Below, one piece after another: positions 50,577-60,477 of a DNA stretch of 64,000 nt (the first letter of the stretch is position 1; each line of letters opens with the position of its first letter). The notes beneath the pieces were generated by a model, which had not been told where the DNA came from, searched no databases, and saw only the letters and a program-made list of their open reading frames with translations. Source of the DNA: Candidatus Ozemobacteraceae bacterium (GTDB lineage Bacteria > Muiribacteriota > Ozemobacteria > Ozemobacterales > Ozemobacteraceae); NCBI GenBank assembly GCA_965140445.1, contig OZ223236.1, positions 2,272,001 to 2,336,000 of the forward strand, read 5' to 3'. A program made the position numbers and the translations under genes.

Positions 50577-51788
50577 ATGATTCTTGATAATATAGTATTT
50601 GAGGTTGCACTGATTTTTATTGGCGCTTCTCTTTTATCAACAATTTTTCTTCAATTCAGACAGCCAATCATACTTGCTTATATTGCACTTGGAATGATCG
50701 TTGGCCCATGGGGATTTGGGGTAATTAAAGATCCATCTCATATTAAGCATATGTCACACCTGGGAATAATTCTTTTGATGTTCCTGCTAGGTCTTCAGCT
50801 CCATCCTCAGAATCTTGTGAAGTTATTAAAGCGAACCTCTCTTATCACAATAGCTACATGTGCTGTTTTTGTAGTTCCAGTTTACTTTATTACTCAGATC
50901 TTTGGTTTCTTTCCGAAAGACGGTTTAATTGCTTCTCTTGCCCTTATGTTTTCAAGCACTTTGATAGGGTTAAAGTTAATTCCACCAAGATCTGATAAGT
51001 ATCGTCACATGGGCGAGGTTGTTGTTAGCATTCTATTATTTCAGGATATTCTTGCCATTCTTTTGATTCTGATAATTAATGGTAATGGCAGTATGAACCT
51101 TTTAAATGAAGTTCTTTTGCTTTTAGGTAAGAGCATATTTTTTGCTGCACTGGCTTTTATAATAGTGGAAAGCATATTGCTTAAGTTTTTTAATAAGTTT
51201 GGAATGGTTCAGGACTATATCTTTCTAATGTCAATTGGCTGGTGTTTATTGGGAGCTGAAACTGCTTTGTATCTAGGTTTATCCTATGAGATCGGGGCAT
51301 TTATTGCGGGAATATCGCTCGGTGCTTCTCCTTTGGCGTTAAAGATTTCAGGAGGCTTAAAGCCTGTCCGGGAATTTTTTCTGATTCTATTCTTTTTTTC
51401 AATCGGAGCGCAGTTTGATCTGTTTATAAGCACTAAAGTATGGGCGCCTGCTTTAACTATTGCACTATTTCTCGTTTGCTTGAAGCCTATTGCTTTTCAT
51501 CTTGCATTTCGCAGGGGAAAAGAAACCAGGCACGATTCATGGGAGCTTGGTTTCAGGCTTGGGCAGTCCAGTGAATTTTCTATTCTTGTCTCATTCAGCG
51601 CTTTAAAAGCATGTGTTATTGAGCCTAAAACTGCTTATTTAATCCAATTAGCAACCATATTAACCTTTATCATTTCTACTTATATTGTCGTTTATAAATA
51701 TAAAACTCCAATTTCCCAGCATGATGTAGAAAACGTTAATAAAAAGCATCAACATAAAAATGCTCGAAAGGGAGAAAAAGGTGATTGA
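50577..51788 (+). CDS. Cation:proton antiporter (CPA2/KefB-like, no TrkA domain)
   Basis: RQP.I.AYI..G...GP, FSST, ILLFQD, GAF.AG, FF..IG, LGQ.SEFS. Confidence 0.88.
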   Translation: MILDNIVFEVALIFIGASLLSTIFLQFRQPIILAYIALGMIVGPWGFGVIKDPSHIKHMSHLGIILLMFLLGLQLHPQNLVKLLKRTSLITIATCAVFVVPVYFITQIFGFFPKDGLIASLALMFSSTLIGLKLIPPRSDKYRHMGEVVVSILLFQDILAILLILIINGNGSMNLLNEVLLLLGKSIFFAALAFIIVESILLKFFNKFGMVQDYIFLMSIGWCLLGAETALYLGLSYEIGAFIAGISLGASPLALKISGGLKPVREFFLILFFFSIGAQFDLFISTKVWAPALTIALFLVCLKPIAFHLAFRRGKETRHDSWELGFRLGQSSEFSILVSFSALKACVIEPKTAYLIQLATILTFIISTYIVVYKYKTPISQHDVENVNKKHQHKNARKGEKGD

Positions 51789-52191
51789 ATACAAAAACTC
51801 TCTTGATGGAATTACCAGCGAAAAGCTTTCAGGCTTTTTTAATGATTGGCCAAACCCTCCCTCAAAGGAAGTTCACCTGCAAATTCTTAAAAACAGTTTT
51901 GCCTTTGTTTTAGCCTATGATACAAGCGAAAAAAGAGTTATTGGCTTTGTTAATGCCATTTCAGATGGAGTTCTATTTGCATTTATTCCTTTGCTTGAAG
52001 TTTTACCTGACTTTAAAGGGCGTGGAATCGGAAAAGAGCTAATTAAAAGGATCGAAGCAGAGCTTTCGGATAAATATGCAATTGACCTGGTTTGCGATCC
52101 ATCAGTAGCGCCTTTTTATTCTAAACTTGGATTTTCTGAATTGAGGGGAATGGCAAAAAGAAATTATGAAGCTTTAAAAATTATTGGTTGA
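51781..52191 (+). CDS. GNAT-family acetyltransferase
   Basis: GFVNAISDG, LEVLPDFKGRGIGKEL, FY.KLGF; GTG start at 51781. Confidence 0.85.
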   Translation: MIEYKNSLDGITSEKLSGFFNDWPNPPSKEVHLQILKNSFAFVLAYDTSEKRVIGFVNAISDGVLFAFIPLLEVLPDFKGRGIGKELIKRIEAELSDKYAIDLVCDPSVAPFYSKLGFSELRGMAKRNYEALKIIG

Positions 52192-52272
52192 GAGGGATTT
52201 AATTTACAGCCCCTAAAATTTTTAAAAGTGAGATTTGTTAATTTAATTGAAAGCACTTAAAATGGATTTTCT

Positions 52273-53055
52273 ATGAATGAGAGATTTTCGGACTCAGAAG
52301 AAACTACAAAATCACAGGAAAATAAAGTAATTAAGGCTAAAGATAGTGTTTGGAAATGGCCATGCATATATTTTCTTATGCTGTTTATTTGTAGCTTCGG
52401 CCTGTTTTTATACAAAGCTTATAGAATAACTAAGCTTCCTGAAAAGATCTGGAACGATACAGGTGGCAAAATTGGGAGTGCTTTCACCCCTAAAGTCTCT
52501 GTAAAAACAATTATTGCTAATACAATTGGAAAAGTTAATGTAAATGCGAAAATGGTTGTCCTTACCGCTGAGATTTCGGTGAATCTGAAAAAAGCTTCAG
52601 GGAAAACTATTTTCATGGATATGATCAGTCTTGGAACAACAACTGTAGAAATCTTAGTTCCACAGAATAAGATTCAATACGTTGTTTATACAGCCAGCCT
52701 CACGCCGGATTGTTTTAAATACGATGATAAAGCTGAATTGCTTGAATTAGAACTTCCTGAGCCTGTATTAGATGAAGATATTGTGGAAATTCAATCAAAT
52801 CCTGATTTAATCCAGGTTCAAAAAAGTATTGGTTGGGCTAGATTAAGCGCTTATTCGGGTAAAGCTCTTGAAGACCAGCTAAAAGGGGAAATTCGCAAGC
52901 AGGTTATTCAGGAAGGAAAAAATGAATTACTTTCTGATAAAGCTTTTATGGAAGCGCAAAAAATATTTGAAGATTTGCTTAGCGGCATAATTAAAGAGAT
53001 TCCAGGAAGTAAAAAAATAAAGATACTGATCAGGAGAAAAAATGACCAGCAATGA
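52273..53055 (+). CDS. Single-TM hypothetical protein (DUF4230-like)
   Basis: N-terminal TM, LELELPEP motif, helical C-terminus. Confidence 0.6.
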   Translation: MNERFSDSEETTKSQENKVIKAKDSVWKWPCIYFLMLFICSFGLFLYKAYRITKLPEKIWNDTGGKIGSAFTPKVSVKTIIANTIGKVNVNAKMVVLTAEISVNLKKASGKTIFMDMISLGTTTVEILVPQNKIQYVVYTASLTPDCFKYDDKAELLELELPEPVLDEDIVEIQSNPDLIQVQKSIGWARLSAYSGKALEDQLKGEIRKQVIQEGKNELLSDKAFMEAQKIFEDLLSGIIKEIPGSKKIKILIRRKNDQQ

Positions 53056-53884
53056 ATTGACAAGCATAGATGCACTTTTATATCAACTTCAGTCAGAAAC
53101 ATCATTGATAAAAAGTATTGAACCCGCTGCAAAGGTAATAGAATTTTTCAGGAATCTTGCGAAGTATGATCACAAGATAAAAGAAGTCGATTTGGGCTCA
53201 GATGCTTCTGGAAGGAGCATTTATAGTTATTCTATCGGTGATGGCCCAACGAACATTTTATTTTATGCATTTCCAGATCCTGGAGAAGCCATTGGTGGAA
53301 CAGGAATTATGGCTTTGGTCAATCTTTTGCAAAAAGGAGCCTGTTGTTTCAAGTCCTTGCCTGTAACCTGGCATTTTATACCCTGTTTGAATTTTGTTGA
53401 CCAGCCTGATGAGGGCAAAACTCTTAAAACAATTATGAAAACAAGATCGCAAGAGGTTGATTGGTGTCTTAATGATCCGAGACCAGAGACAACAGCTCTT
53501 TTAAATGCCGTTAAAGAAATTAAACCTGAATTTACTTTTGCTTTGCATGATGAATATCATTGTGAAGAGTTTGTTCCGCCGTATTTAGGTTCCTCCCATG
53601 AAATGAAGAAAAAAACTTTTGAAAGAATTTGCCGATTGTTTGGAACATTTGGTTTGAAAATGGGAGATTCTTTTTCACATCCTGAGCTTGGAAACGGCTT
53701 TTTTAAGTTCGATTCAATTGGAGAAGAATACTTGAATTGCACATATTCTGAGATTCAAAAATTTGGACCAGTTTTAATTGCTGAGTTATCCAGACAACCT
53801 GAATTGTCAGACGGGGAAATCGTATTTTTGCAATTAGCATCAGGATTTATCTTTCTGAATGACATTTTGAATAAAGAATCCTGA
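53042..53884 (+). CDS. M14 zinc carboxypeptidase-like protein
   Basis: G....GRSIY...IG.G, PDPGE, FIPC.N, PET.AL, ALH. Confidence 0.65.
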   Translation: MTSNELTSIDALLYQLQSETSLIKSIEPAAKVIEFFRNLAKYDHKIKEVDLGSDASGRSIYSYSIGDGPTNILFYAFPDPGEAIGGTGIMALVNLLQKGACCFKSLPVTWHFIPCLNFVDQPDEGKTLKTIMKTRSQEVDWCLNDPRPETTALLNAVKEIKPEFTFALHDEYHCEEFVPPYLGSSHEMKKKTFERICRLFGTFGLKMGDSFSHPELGNGFFKFDSIGEEYLNCTYSEIQKFGPVLIAELSRQPELSDGEIVFLQLASGFIFLNDILNKES

Positions 53885-53999
53885 TTAATTATAAAGCTAT
53901 GCTTTATTGAAGCACATGTTCGTATCTTAAAATACATTTGTCGAAAAAGAAAAAAATAAGGCCTTGACCCTTATTATTCCCGCTGATATGGTAGATAAA

Positions 54000-54374
54000 A
54001 TGAGTGAAACAGTAGAAAAAGCATTTGAAAACTATGAAAACGGCCTCGCCAAACAATCTTGGGATGCTGTAAAAGAATACTTCCACGATGATTGTGCAGT
54101 AATTTTTATTGAGGCCAATTATCTTGGCAAGAAAGCAATTAAGGGTGCCATTGATAAAACCTTTTCCTTAATCCGTGATGAAAAGTTTATTTTGTTTAAC
54201 AAACATTGGACGATAAAAAAGGATGATTTTGCCTCTGTGATTTTTGAATATGAATGGTCGGGCAAAATTAATGGCGAAATTTTCAGAACTCTCGGTCGTG
54301 GAACAGCTGTTATGATCAAAGAAAATGATAGATGGCAGATAATCAATGAGCACCTGGGGCCAATGCCCCGATAA
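54000..54374 (+). CDS. NTF2/SnoaL-like (DUF4440-type) protein
   Basis: GRGTAV...W.IINEH; start at ATG 54000 behind TTGACC-N17-TATGGT. Confidence 0.75.
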   Translation: MSETVEKAFENYENGLAKQSWDAVKEYFHDDCAVIFIEANYLGKKAIKGAIDKTFSLIRDEKFILFNKHWTIKKDDFASVIFEYEWSGKINGEIFRTLGRGTAVMIKENDRWQIINEHLGPMPR

Positions 54375-54407
54375 AGTTTTGGAGCAATGGCTCCATAGAG
54401 GCATGGC

Positions 54408-55190
54408 GTGGAAGCTAAAATTATTCAAGATAAGCGACAGATCGAGAATTTCTGTATGAGAAACCCTGATCTTTACCTATACCATATTGGAGATCTGGAT
54501 GATTTTTTCTGGCCCCATATTACATGGTTTGGTTTGGTTGAAAACAATGATTTAACTGAATTGGCTTTCCTTTATCAGGATGAGAAAATGCCTATTTTGT
54601 GTGCTCTTTCTGATAACCTGTATCGATCGCTTAAACTTCTGGAGACAATAAATGACCAGCTTCCGGCAGCCTTTTATTCCCATTTAGTTCCAGGTGCAGA
54701 TAAGGAGTTAGGTAATTTATGGGGAATGGAGCCACACGGTAGATATTTGCGAATGATGTTGGATAATTCAGTTAAGCAATACGCTGCTGAAAAGACCGAA
54801 ATTTTGACCAATAATGACCTCTTAGAAGTTCAGGAGTTTTATCAAAATAGTTATCCTGGAAATTGGTTTGCAAAGCGAATGATTGAAACTGGAATGTATC
54901 TTGGGTATCGCATTAATGGTGAACTTGTTGCTGTAGCAGGAGTTCATGTTTATTCTGAGGAATTTGGCGTCGCATCTCTGGGAAACATAACAGTTAGACC
55001 TGATTGTCGGGGAAAAGGCATTGCATCTAGAATTACTTCAGCACTTTGTAAAAGATTGCAGGAAAGAGTCCAAATCATTGGCTTAAATGTGAAATCTGAC
55101 AATCATGCGGCAATATCTTGTTATGAAAAGGTTGGTTTTAGTATTAAAGCTGAATATGACGAGTTTATGATTAGAAGGTTGAGAGGCTAG
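54408..55190 (+). CDS. GNAT acetyltransferase (FR47-like)
   Basis: LVAVAGVH, LGNITV.P..RGKG.A, LNV..DN..AI..YEK.GF. Confidence 0.85.
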   Translation: MEAKIIQDKRQIENFCMRNPDLYLYHIGDLDDFFWPHITWFGLVENNDLTELAFLYQDEKMPILCALSDNLYRSLKLLETINDQLPAAFYSHLVPGADKELGNLWGMEPHGRYLRMMLDNSVKQYAAEKTEILTNNDLLEVQEFYQNSYPGNWFAKRMIETGMYLGYRINGELVAVAGVHVYSEEFGVASLGNITVRPDCRGKGIASRITSALCKRLQERVQIIGLNVKSDNHAAISCYEKVGFSIKAEYDEFMIRRLRG

Positions 55191-55192
55191 AT

Positions 55193-55924
55193 TTGAAGAT
55201 TAGGGGAATAGTATTATTTTTACTGTCTGTTCTCGCTATTGCTGGAGCTTATCAGGTAATCGCAGCTTTTCCAATCGCAAATCCAAATCCAAATTTAAAA
55301 ACCACATCTGACAAAAATGTAGATTTAAATGATGCCAAAGTTGATGGCGAAATTGAACAAAAAGTAAATTCATCTGGTTTAAATGTTCGGTATCGAAGTG
55401 GATTTAGTATTGAACAGGCTAATGAGCTGGTTGCTGCTGCTCACGAAAGAACAAAACATCTGGTTAGATATGATGGAAAATATGTAAGTTTAAAATACCC
55501 AATGGGTGATGTTCCTGATAATATAGGGGTTTGCACTGATGTAATAATTCGATCATATCGTAAGATCGGCATTGATTTACAGAAGGAAGTTCACATGGAC
55601 ATGAAGCTGAACTTTGCAAAATACCCTAAAAAATGGGGACTTAAAAGAACGGACACAAATATTGATCACCGAAGGGTTCCAAATTTGAGGACTTTTTTTT
55701 CCCGGAAAGGTAAAAGTTTTAAGCCTTCAAATAACCCAAAAGACTATTTTCCAGGGGATTTAGTAACCTGGATGTTGCCTGGAAATCTTCCTCATATCGG
55801 GATTGTTTCTGAGAAGTTCTCTGAAGATGGTTTACGTCCCTTGATCATCCATAACATTGGCGCAGGCCCAGTTTTGGAGGATATGTTATTTGATTACAAA
55901 ATTACAGGTATTTATCGCTACTAA
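55193..55924 (+). CDS. DUF1287-family exported protein (YijF-like)
   Basis: YP.GDVP...GVCTDV.IR, D.NIDHRRVPNL, PHIGIV, HNIG.G. Confidence 0.88.
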   Translation: MKIRGIVLFLLSVLAIAGAYQVIAAFPIANPNPNLKTTSDKNVDLNDAKVDGEIEQKVNSSGLNVRYRSGFSIEQANELVAAAHERTKHLVRYDGKYVSLKYPMGDVPDNIGVCTDVIIRSYRKIGIDLQKEVHMDMKLNFAKYPKKWGLKRTDTNIDHRRVPNLRTFFSRKGKSFKPSNNPKDYFPGDLVTWMLPGNLPHIGIVSEKFSEDGLRPLIIHNIGAGPVLEDMLFDYKITGIYRY

Positions 55925-55947
55925 GGCCTTTAAAACAGGAGTTTAAA

Positions 55948-56661
55948 ATGAGTTTAAAAAAAATACAGGATTTACTTAAAGCAAATATTAAAAAATGTCT
56001 TATTTACGAGACACATGCAGGAGAAATAAAAAGCCATACTGATACCGGTTTTGGCGGTAAGCCTTTTGTCCCAGCTGGTGAAAAATGGCCAAAATGCGTT
56101 TGTTGTTCTAAAAATTTGTCATTTATTTTCCAGCTGAATTTGCATGATGATTTCTATTCTTTCTTTTATTGCTGGGATTGTTTTCCAGGTGGCTTTCTGG
56201 ACGAAGAGCCTGGGCAATGGAAAATTTTTCATGCTAAAAAAGGAGAAAAATTTACTCAATTACAGTGTCCAGACGGAATTGAAAATTTGACTCCCTGCAT
56301 TTGTGATTCGAGAGAAGGCACGTCCTTGCCAGATTGGGATGGTCTGACTGATAATTTCCCTGAAATTGCAAAGCTTTGTGAAGAAGAAGATGAAGATAAC
56401 CCATGGGATGTTCTTATTGACGCAGCGATTGAATTACATTGTGATGCAGAAGAAAATATGACGCAAACAGGTGGATATCCTTTTTGGCTGCAGGGTTCAG
56501 CTTCAAGAAAGTGCCCTGTTTGTTCAAAAGAAATGGAAGTTTTTTGTCAGATTGGCTCAGAAGATAATGCAAAACTTATGTGGGGAGATGCCGGCCAGAT
56601 GTATCTATTTAGATGTCCTGAGCACAAAACTGAATTTCAAATTGAAATGCAGTGCTATTAA
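55948..56661 (+). CDS. DUF1963/YwqG-like protein
   Basis: FGG.P..P....WP.C..C...L.FI.QLN; GGYP.WLQ; WGDAG..YLF. Confidence 0.8.
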   Translation: MSLKKIQDLLKANIKKCLIYETHAGEIKSHTDTGFGGKPFVPAGEKWPKCVCCSKNLSFIFQLNLHDDFYSFFYCWDCFPGGFLDEEPGQWKIFHAKKGEKFTQLQCPDGIENLTPCICDSREGTSLPDWDGLTDNFPEIAKLCEEEDEDNPWDVLIDAAIELHCDAEENMTQTGGYPFWLQGSASRKCPVCSKEMEVFCQIGSEDNAKLMWGDAGQMYLFRCPEHKTEFQIEMQCY

Positions 56662-56670
56662 TTTTTAAAT

Positions 56671-56700
56671 AAAAAAAGCCCGGATTTCCGGGCTTTTTTT
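56671..56700 (+). terminator. Rho-independent terminator
   Basis: AAAAAAAGCCCGGA-tt-TCCGGGCTTTTTTT. Confidence 0.85.
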
Positions 56701-56786
56701 CTATCTCCAATCCGGTTTAAAAAATATATTGGCAATTTTCAATTTTGGCTTTTAATGCTAGAATCAATCATTGGAGAACTGTGCAA

Positions 56787-57284
56787 ATGTATCAGAGCTT
56801 TTTCGAGATGGTGATAATCACCATTGGAGTAGGTTTGAGCTTCATTGGTTTTGTCGGTTGTCTTATACCTGTTTTACCCGGCCCAACGCTAAATCTTGCG
56901 GCAATTTTGTTGGCTCACTTCGGCCTACAGCGACAACCTTTTACTATAAAGCAATTACTTGTTTTTTCAGGTTTAACTTTATTAATTCTGATAATGGACA
57001 ATTTTTTTCCTGTTTTTACGGCCAAGGTTTATGGAAGCTCTAAAAAGGGGCTTTTCTTAGCAACCTTAGGACTATTTTTGGGTTTATTCTTTTTCCCTCC
57101 TTTTGGAATGATTATAGGAGCTTTTTTGGGTGCATTTTTGGGAGAGCTGCTTTCCAAAAAAACAAACCGACAGGCTATAAAATCGGGAATTGCAACTCTG
57201 GTTGGTTTTTGTGTTGGGCTTGCCTTTAAGCTCGGATTGTCTGGCATTTTAACATTTTATTTTGTAATTGAATTAATAAAGTAA
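56787..57284 (+). CDS. DUF456-family membrane protein
   Basis: G...PVLPGP, AK.YGSSK.G, G.IIG.FLGAFLGE; start uncertain. Confidence 0.85.
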   Translation: MYQSFFEMVIITIGVGLSFIGFVGCLIPVLPGPTLNLAAILLAHFGLQRQPFTIKQLLVFSGLTLLILIMDNFFPVFTAKVYGSSKKGLFLATLGLFLGLFFFPPFGMIIGAFLGAFLGELLSKKTNRQAIKSGIATLVGFCVGLAFKLGLSGILTFYFVIELIK

Positions 57285-57301
57285 AGGGTGGTTCTTTAAT
57301 T

Positions 57302-57889
57302 GTGAATGCAGATTCCAGGTCTATATTGAGTTATTACGGAGAGGACGCCAAAGTTTACATTTTTAGACTTGGATTACCTTTGGATGTTAGAGGAAATTTT
57401 ATTTGCGGACTTGAAATAGCCTTAATTGCTATGTTGCAGTTTCGATTTTTGAATACTCCTCTTTCCGAAGGCTGGATAATAGGCGCTGGGGTAATAGGCT
57501 TTGTTGCTCTTCGATATTTTTTATTACGCCTAAAATATCCAATTGTTGAACCTATATTGCTTGGTCAGGATCATATGGTTATTCCAGCTTGTTTGCTCAA
57601 CAATAAGCCTAAAAGAATTATTCCTCTTGAAGACATTCGATCAGTAAAATTCTTTTTTTCCAAAAGAAAGGGCGGGGGACGGAATTTGACTTCCTTAGAT
57701 GTTAATGCGGCCCCTGATAATAATTTTAGAATAAATTGGCTGATGGCAGATTTAAGAAAAATCCAAATTTATTTTGAGGACAATCAGGTCAAATACACCT
57801 TAAATCTTGGCAGAAATATTCTTTTGTTTTTTGGGATTATTCTATTTCTGGTTGTTTCTCTAATAGGTATTCTTGCCTCAATTCACTAG
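57302..57889 (+). CDS. Hypothetical membrane protein
   Basis: 195-aa ORF with three hydrophobic segments, in an operon-like run. Confidence 0.6.
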   Translation: MNADSRSILSYYGEDAKVYIFRLGLPLDVRGNFICGLEIALIAMLQFRFLNTPLSEGWIIGAGVIGFVALRYFLLRLKYPIVEPILLGQDHMVIPACLLNNKPKRIIPLEDIRSVKFFFSKRKGGGRNLTSLDVNAAPDNNFRINWLMADLRKIQIYFEDNQVKYTLNLGRNILLFFGIILFLVVSLIGILASIH

Positions 57890-57898
57890 GAGCCGGCT

Positions 57899-58798
57899 TT
57901 GGAAAAAATGAAACCTGGATCTATTTTTCTTTTGTTTTGCATTTTTCTTTTGAACACCTACGCTGGTTATTCTCAGGAAATAACAAAAGCAAGTGGAACT
58001 GTTAGTTTTAAATTTATTGCTGAAAACCAAATAAAGGAGATTCCTATATGGTTTTACAAACCAGCACGTTTTGATAGACGTCTTCCCATCGCTTTTGTAT
58101 TGCACGGAATTAAAAGAAATGCCAAAAAGTATTTGAAGTATTGGAAGGATTTTGCGGACAGAACAGGCTGCTTAATTGTTGCCCCTGAGTTTAAGGAAAC
58201 ATACTTTAAAGGTTCTCAATCATATAACTGTGGAAACGTTTTTAACAGGAGAAAAGAGCTCAATGCCACAACGGATTGGACTTTTGTCGCCATAGATAAA
58301 ATTTTTGAATCATTAAAAAAAGCAAATGGACTAAGTTGCCAGCATTTTTTCCTGTATGGACATTCTGCAGGTGCTCAATTTGTTCATAGATATATCTGGT
58401 TTATGGAAAACACAAAATGTGGCTTAGCTATTGCCGCAAACAGCGGTTTTTATACTTTTCCAGATGTTCAAAATTCTTATCCCTATGGATTTAAAAACCT
58501 TCCGTCATGCTTTAAGAAGCTTGAGAATTCTTTTAAAAAGAATCTGATAATTTTGTTGGGAGATCAGGATATCGATACGCAGCACAAATATCTAAACCGT
58601 TCGAAGCGTGCCATGATTCAAGGAATTAATCGATTTGAAAGGGGTAAAAGATTTTTTAATACTTGTGAAGCTGAGTCACTAAAAAGGAATTCAAAATTTT
58701 ATTGGAAAAAAATCATTGTTCCTGGAGCAGGTCACAGTAATAAGTTAATGATGAAAGCTGCGGAAAAACTTATGGAAACAGAGTTGGGGAAACGATAA
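57899..58798 (+). CDS. Exported alpha/beta hydrolase
   Basis: Signal peptide; VLHG, GHSAGAQF nucleophile elbow, AANSG.Y, VPG.GH. Confidence 0.85.
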   Translation: MEKMKPGSIFLLFCIFLLNTYAGYSQEITKASGTVSFKFIAENQIKEIPIWFYKPARFDRRLPIAFVLHGIKRNAKKYLKYWKDFADRTGCLIVAPEFKETYFKGSQSYNCGNVFNRRKELNATTDWTFVAIDKIFESLKKANGLSCQHFFLYGHSAGAQFVHRYIWFMENTKCGLAIAANSGFYTFPDVQNSYPYGFKNLPSCFKKLENSFKKNLIILLGDQDIDTQHKYLNRSKRAMIQGINRFERGKRFFNTCEAESLKRNSKFYWKKIIVPGAGHSNKLMMKAAEKLMETELGKR

Positions 58799-58880
58799 AA
58801 ATCAAAATACTCTGTACATTGCGCAAATCTCGAAAATAAGTAAAATTAAAGCATACTATCAACAATGTGGGGAAAGAAAT

Positions 58881-60407
58881 TTGAATACGAAAGAGCTAAA
58901 ACTTATTTCTTTTTTGTTTATAATAGTTTTCTTGTCGGTTGGAAGCACTAGTTACGGTTGGAACTGTGTTGATGCGCATCCTACTATTAATGAAATGGCA
59001 GGAAAGCTATTTATAGCTAAAAGTCAGACTGAATCTTTTGGGGAAAAATATAAAAATTCACCAATTGATACTAAAATTATTCTTGAAGGATATACCTTTA
59101 AGAAGGCAAAAATGACCGAAAAATCATCGAAGCCTTATTTGTTGAAAACAAATTTTACTGGTTGGCTTGCCAGAGGCGGACATGATGCTGATGTTCCTTC
59201 GTTTCAAATGGGTTTTAGGCATTTTTATGATCCAATTTATGACCCCCATTACCTGACATGGTTCAGGAGATGGTTAAAGAAACCTGATAAGAAAGATTAT
59301 GCTTCTGAAGCTGAATTTTTTAAATCGCTCCAATATCGTGCTGATGATTGGAATCCCAACATCAAATTTGGAACAAAAGACAGGAAATTTAGCATTCAAC
59401 CCAAGGTTATTAAACCTGAAATAGATGCTATTACCTGGGCTTTAAAGCATGAAGAAAATGAGCATTCATGGCATGCTGGTCTGATAGCATATAAAGCTGC
59501 AATGGAAAACGACTCTTCAAAGTTTGGAAAGCTAAATCGTGAGCAGGTTTATGCAAAGGCTTTCAGATGTCTTGGAGAAACAATGCATTTAATGGCAGAC
59601 ATGGCTCAACCAGCACATGTAAGAGCCGATTCTCACTCCGTACATGAGCCTATCGAGAAAACAGTCGATGGTGAAATGATAAAAAAGGTTATTGGTGATA
59701 AATACCTGAACCCAGATTTTAAGCCTACAAGGGATTTTACTATTGTTAGAGGGCTTTCACCTGAAGTTCAGATGCAGAGGGTTGCAGTTTTTACCAATAA
59801 GAGATTTTTCAGCAATGACACTATATTTGATTATAAAAAGTGGGTTTTCCAAAGAAATCATAAAAAAGCTTACCCTGAACCACAGCTATCTCGTTTAAAA
59901 GAGGTTAAGGGAGTATATTACTCATACTTCAAAGATGTTGGATGGGTTCAGCTGGCGAGAGAAACTGGGTCATTGTTTTCAATGGTCATTGGAAAATCTG
60001 AGAAATACGGAAGAAAAAATCCAAAGTTTAATGTTTTGCCATCTATGGCTGAAGACCAGGCTAAAGTTTTGATTCCTCTGGCAATATATAATTGCTCTGA
60101 ACTCATAGATAAATTCTTTCCAACGATGCAACTGGACGCTGATTACTCAAATAAAGATGGTAATACCTTTAGTTTTAATGCAAATCTCATTCATAACGTT
60201 GAGCAGGATTCTGAGTGGAAGGAAATTGGAGAGATAAAGTATTCTGGAACTGGTTTTGTATACGTGAATAATAATTTGAGACAAAAATGTAATTTTGTCT
60301 CTGGTGCAACTGAATTTGAATCAAATCTTGAGTCTGGAGATACTGTCAGGATTTGTATCAGGGCTGGTGGGAGAATGTTCTGGAGCAAGCCTATAGAGAT
60401 TCGTTGA
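58881..60407 (+). CDS. Secreted zinc-dependent phospholipase C/S1-P1 nuclease-like protein
   Basis: Signal peptide leaving N-terminal W (WNCVDAH); HFYDP; LG...HL.ADM.QPAH; H...E. Confidence 0.7.
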   Translation: MNTKELKLISFLFIIVFLSVGSTSYGWNCVDAHPTINEMAGKLFIAKSQTESFGEKYKNSPIDTKIILEGYTFKKAKMTEKSSKPYLLKTNFTGWLARGGHDADVPSFQMGFRHFYDPIYDPHYLTWFRRWLKKPDKKDYASEAEFFKSLQYRADDWNPNIKFGTKDRKFSIQPKVIKPEIDAITWALKHEENEHSWHAGLIAYKAAMENDSSKFGKLNREQVYAKAFRCLGETMHLMADMAQPAHVRADSHSVHEPIEKTVDGEMIKKVIGDKYLNPDFKPTRDFTIVRGLSPEVQMQRVAVFTNKRFFSNDTIFDYKKWVFQRNHKKAYPEPQLSRLKEVKGVYYSYFKDVGWVQLARETGSLFSMVIGKSEKYGRKNPKFNVLPSMAEDQAKVLIPLAIYNCSELIDKFFPTMQLDADYSNKDGNTFSFNANLIHNVEQDSEWKEIGEIKYSGTGFVYVNNNLRQKCNFVSGATEFESNLESGDTVRICIRAGGRMFWSKPIEIR

Positions 60408-60442
60408 TCTTCATTCACAAATTCATACAGCTTTAAAAACTT

Positions 60443-60476
60443 AACGCCGAGATTAAAATAAATCTCGGCGTTTTTT
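60443..60476. terminator. Terminator between convergent genes
   Basis: AACGCCGAGATT...AATCTCGGCGTT-TTTT. Confidence 0.8.
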
Positions 60477-60477
60477 A

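Noticed and set aside
48846..60407. Run of small co-oriented accessory genes (GNATs, fos-like, DUFs) resembling an integron array
   Set aside because: No integrase and no repeated attC-like RYYYAAC...GTTRRRY structures; several genes overlap or have ordinary terminators
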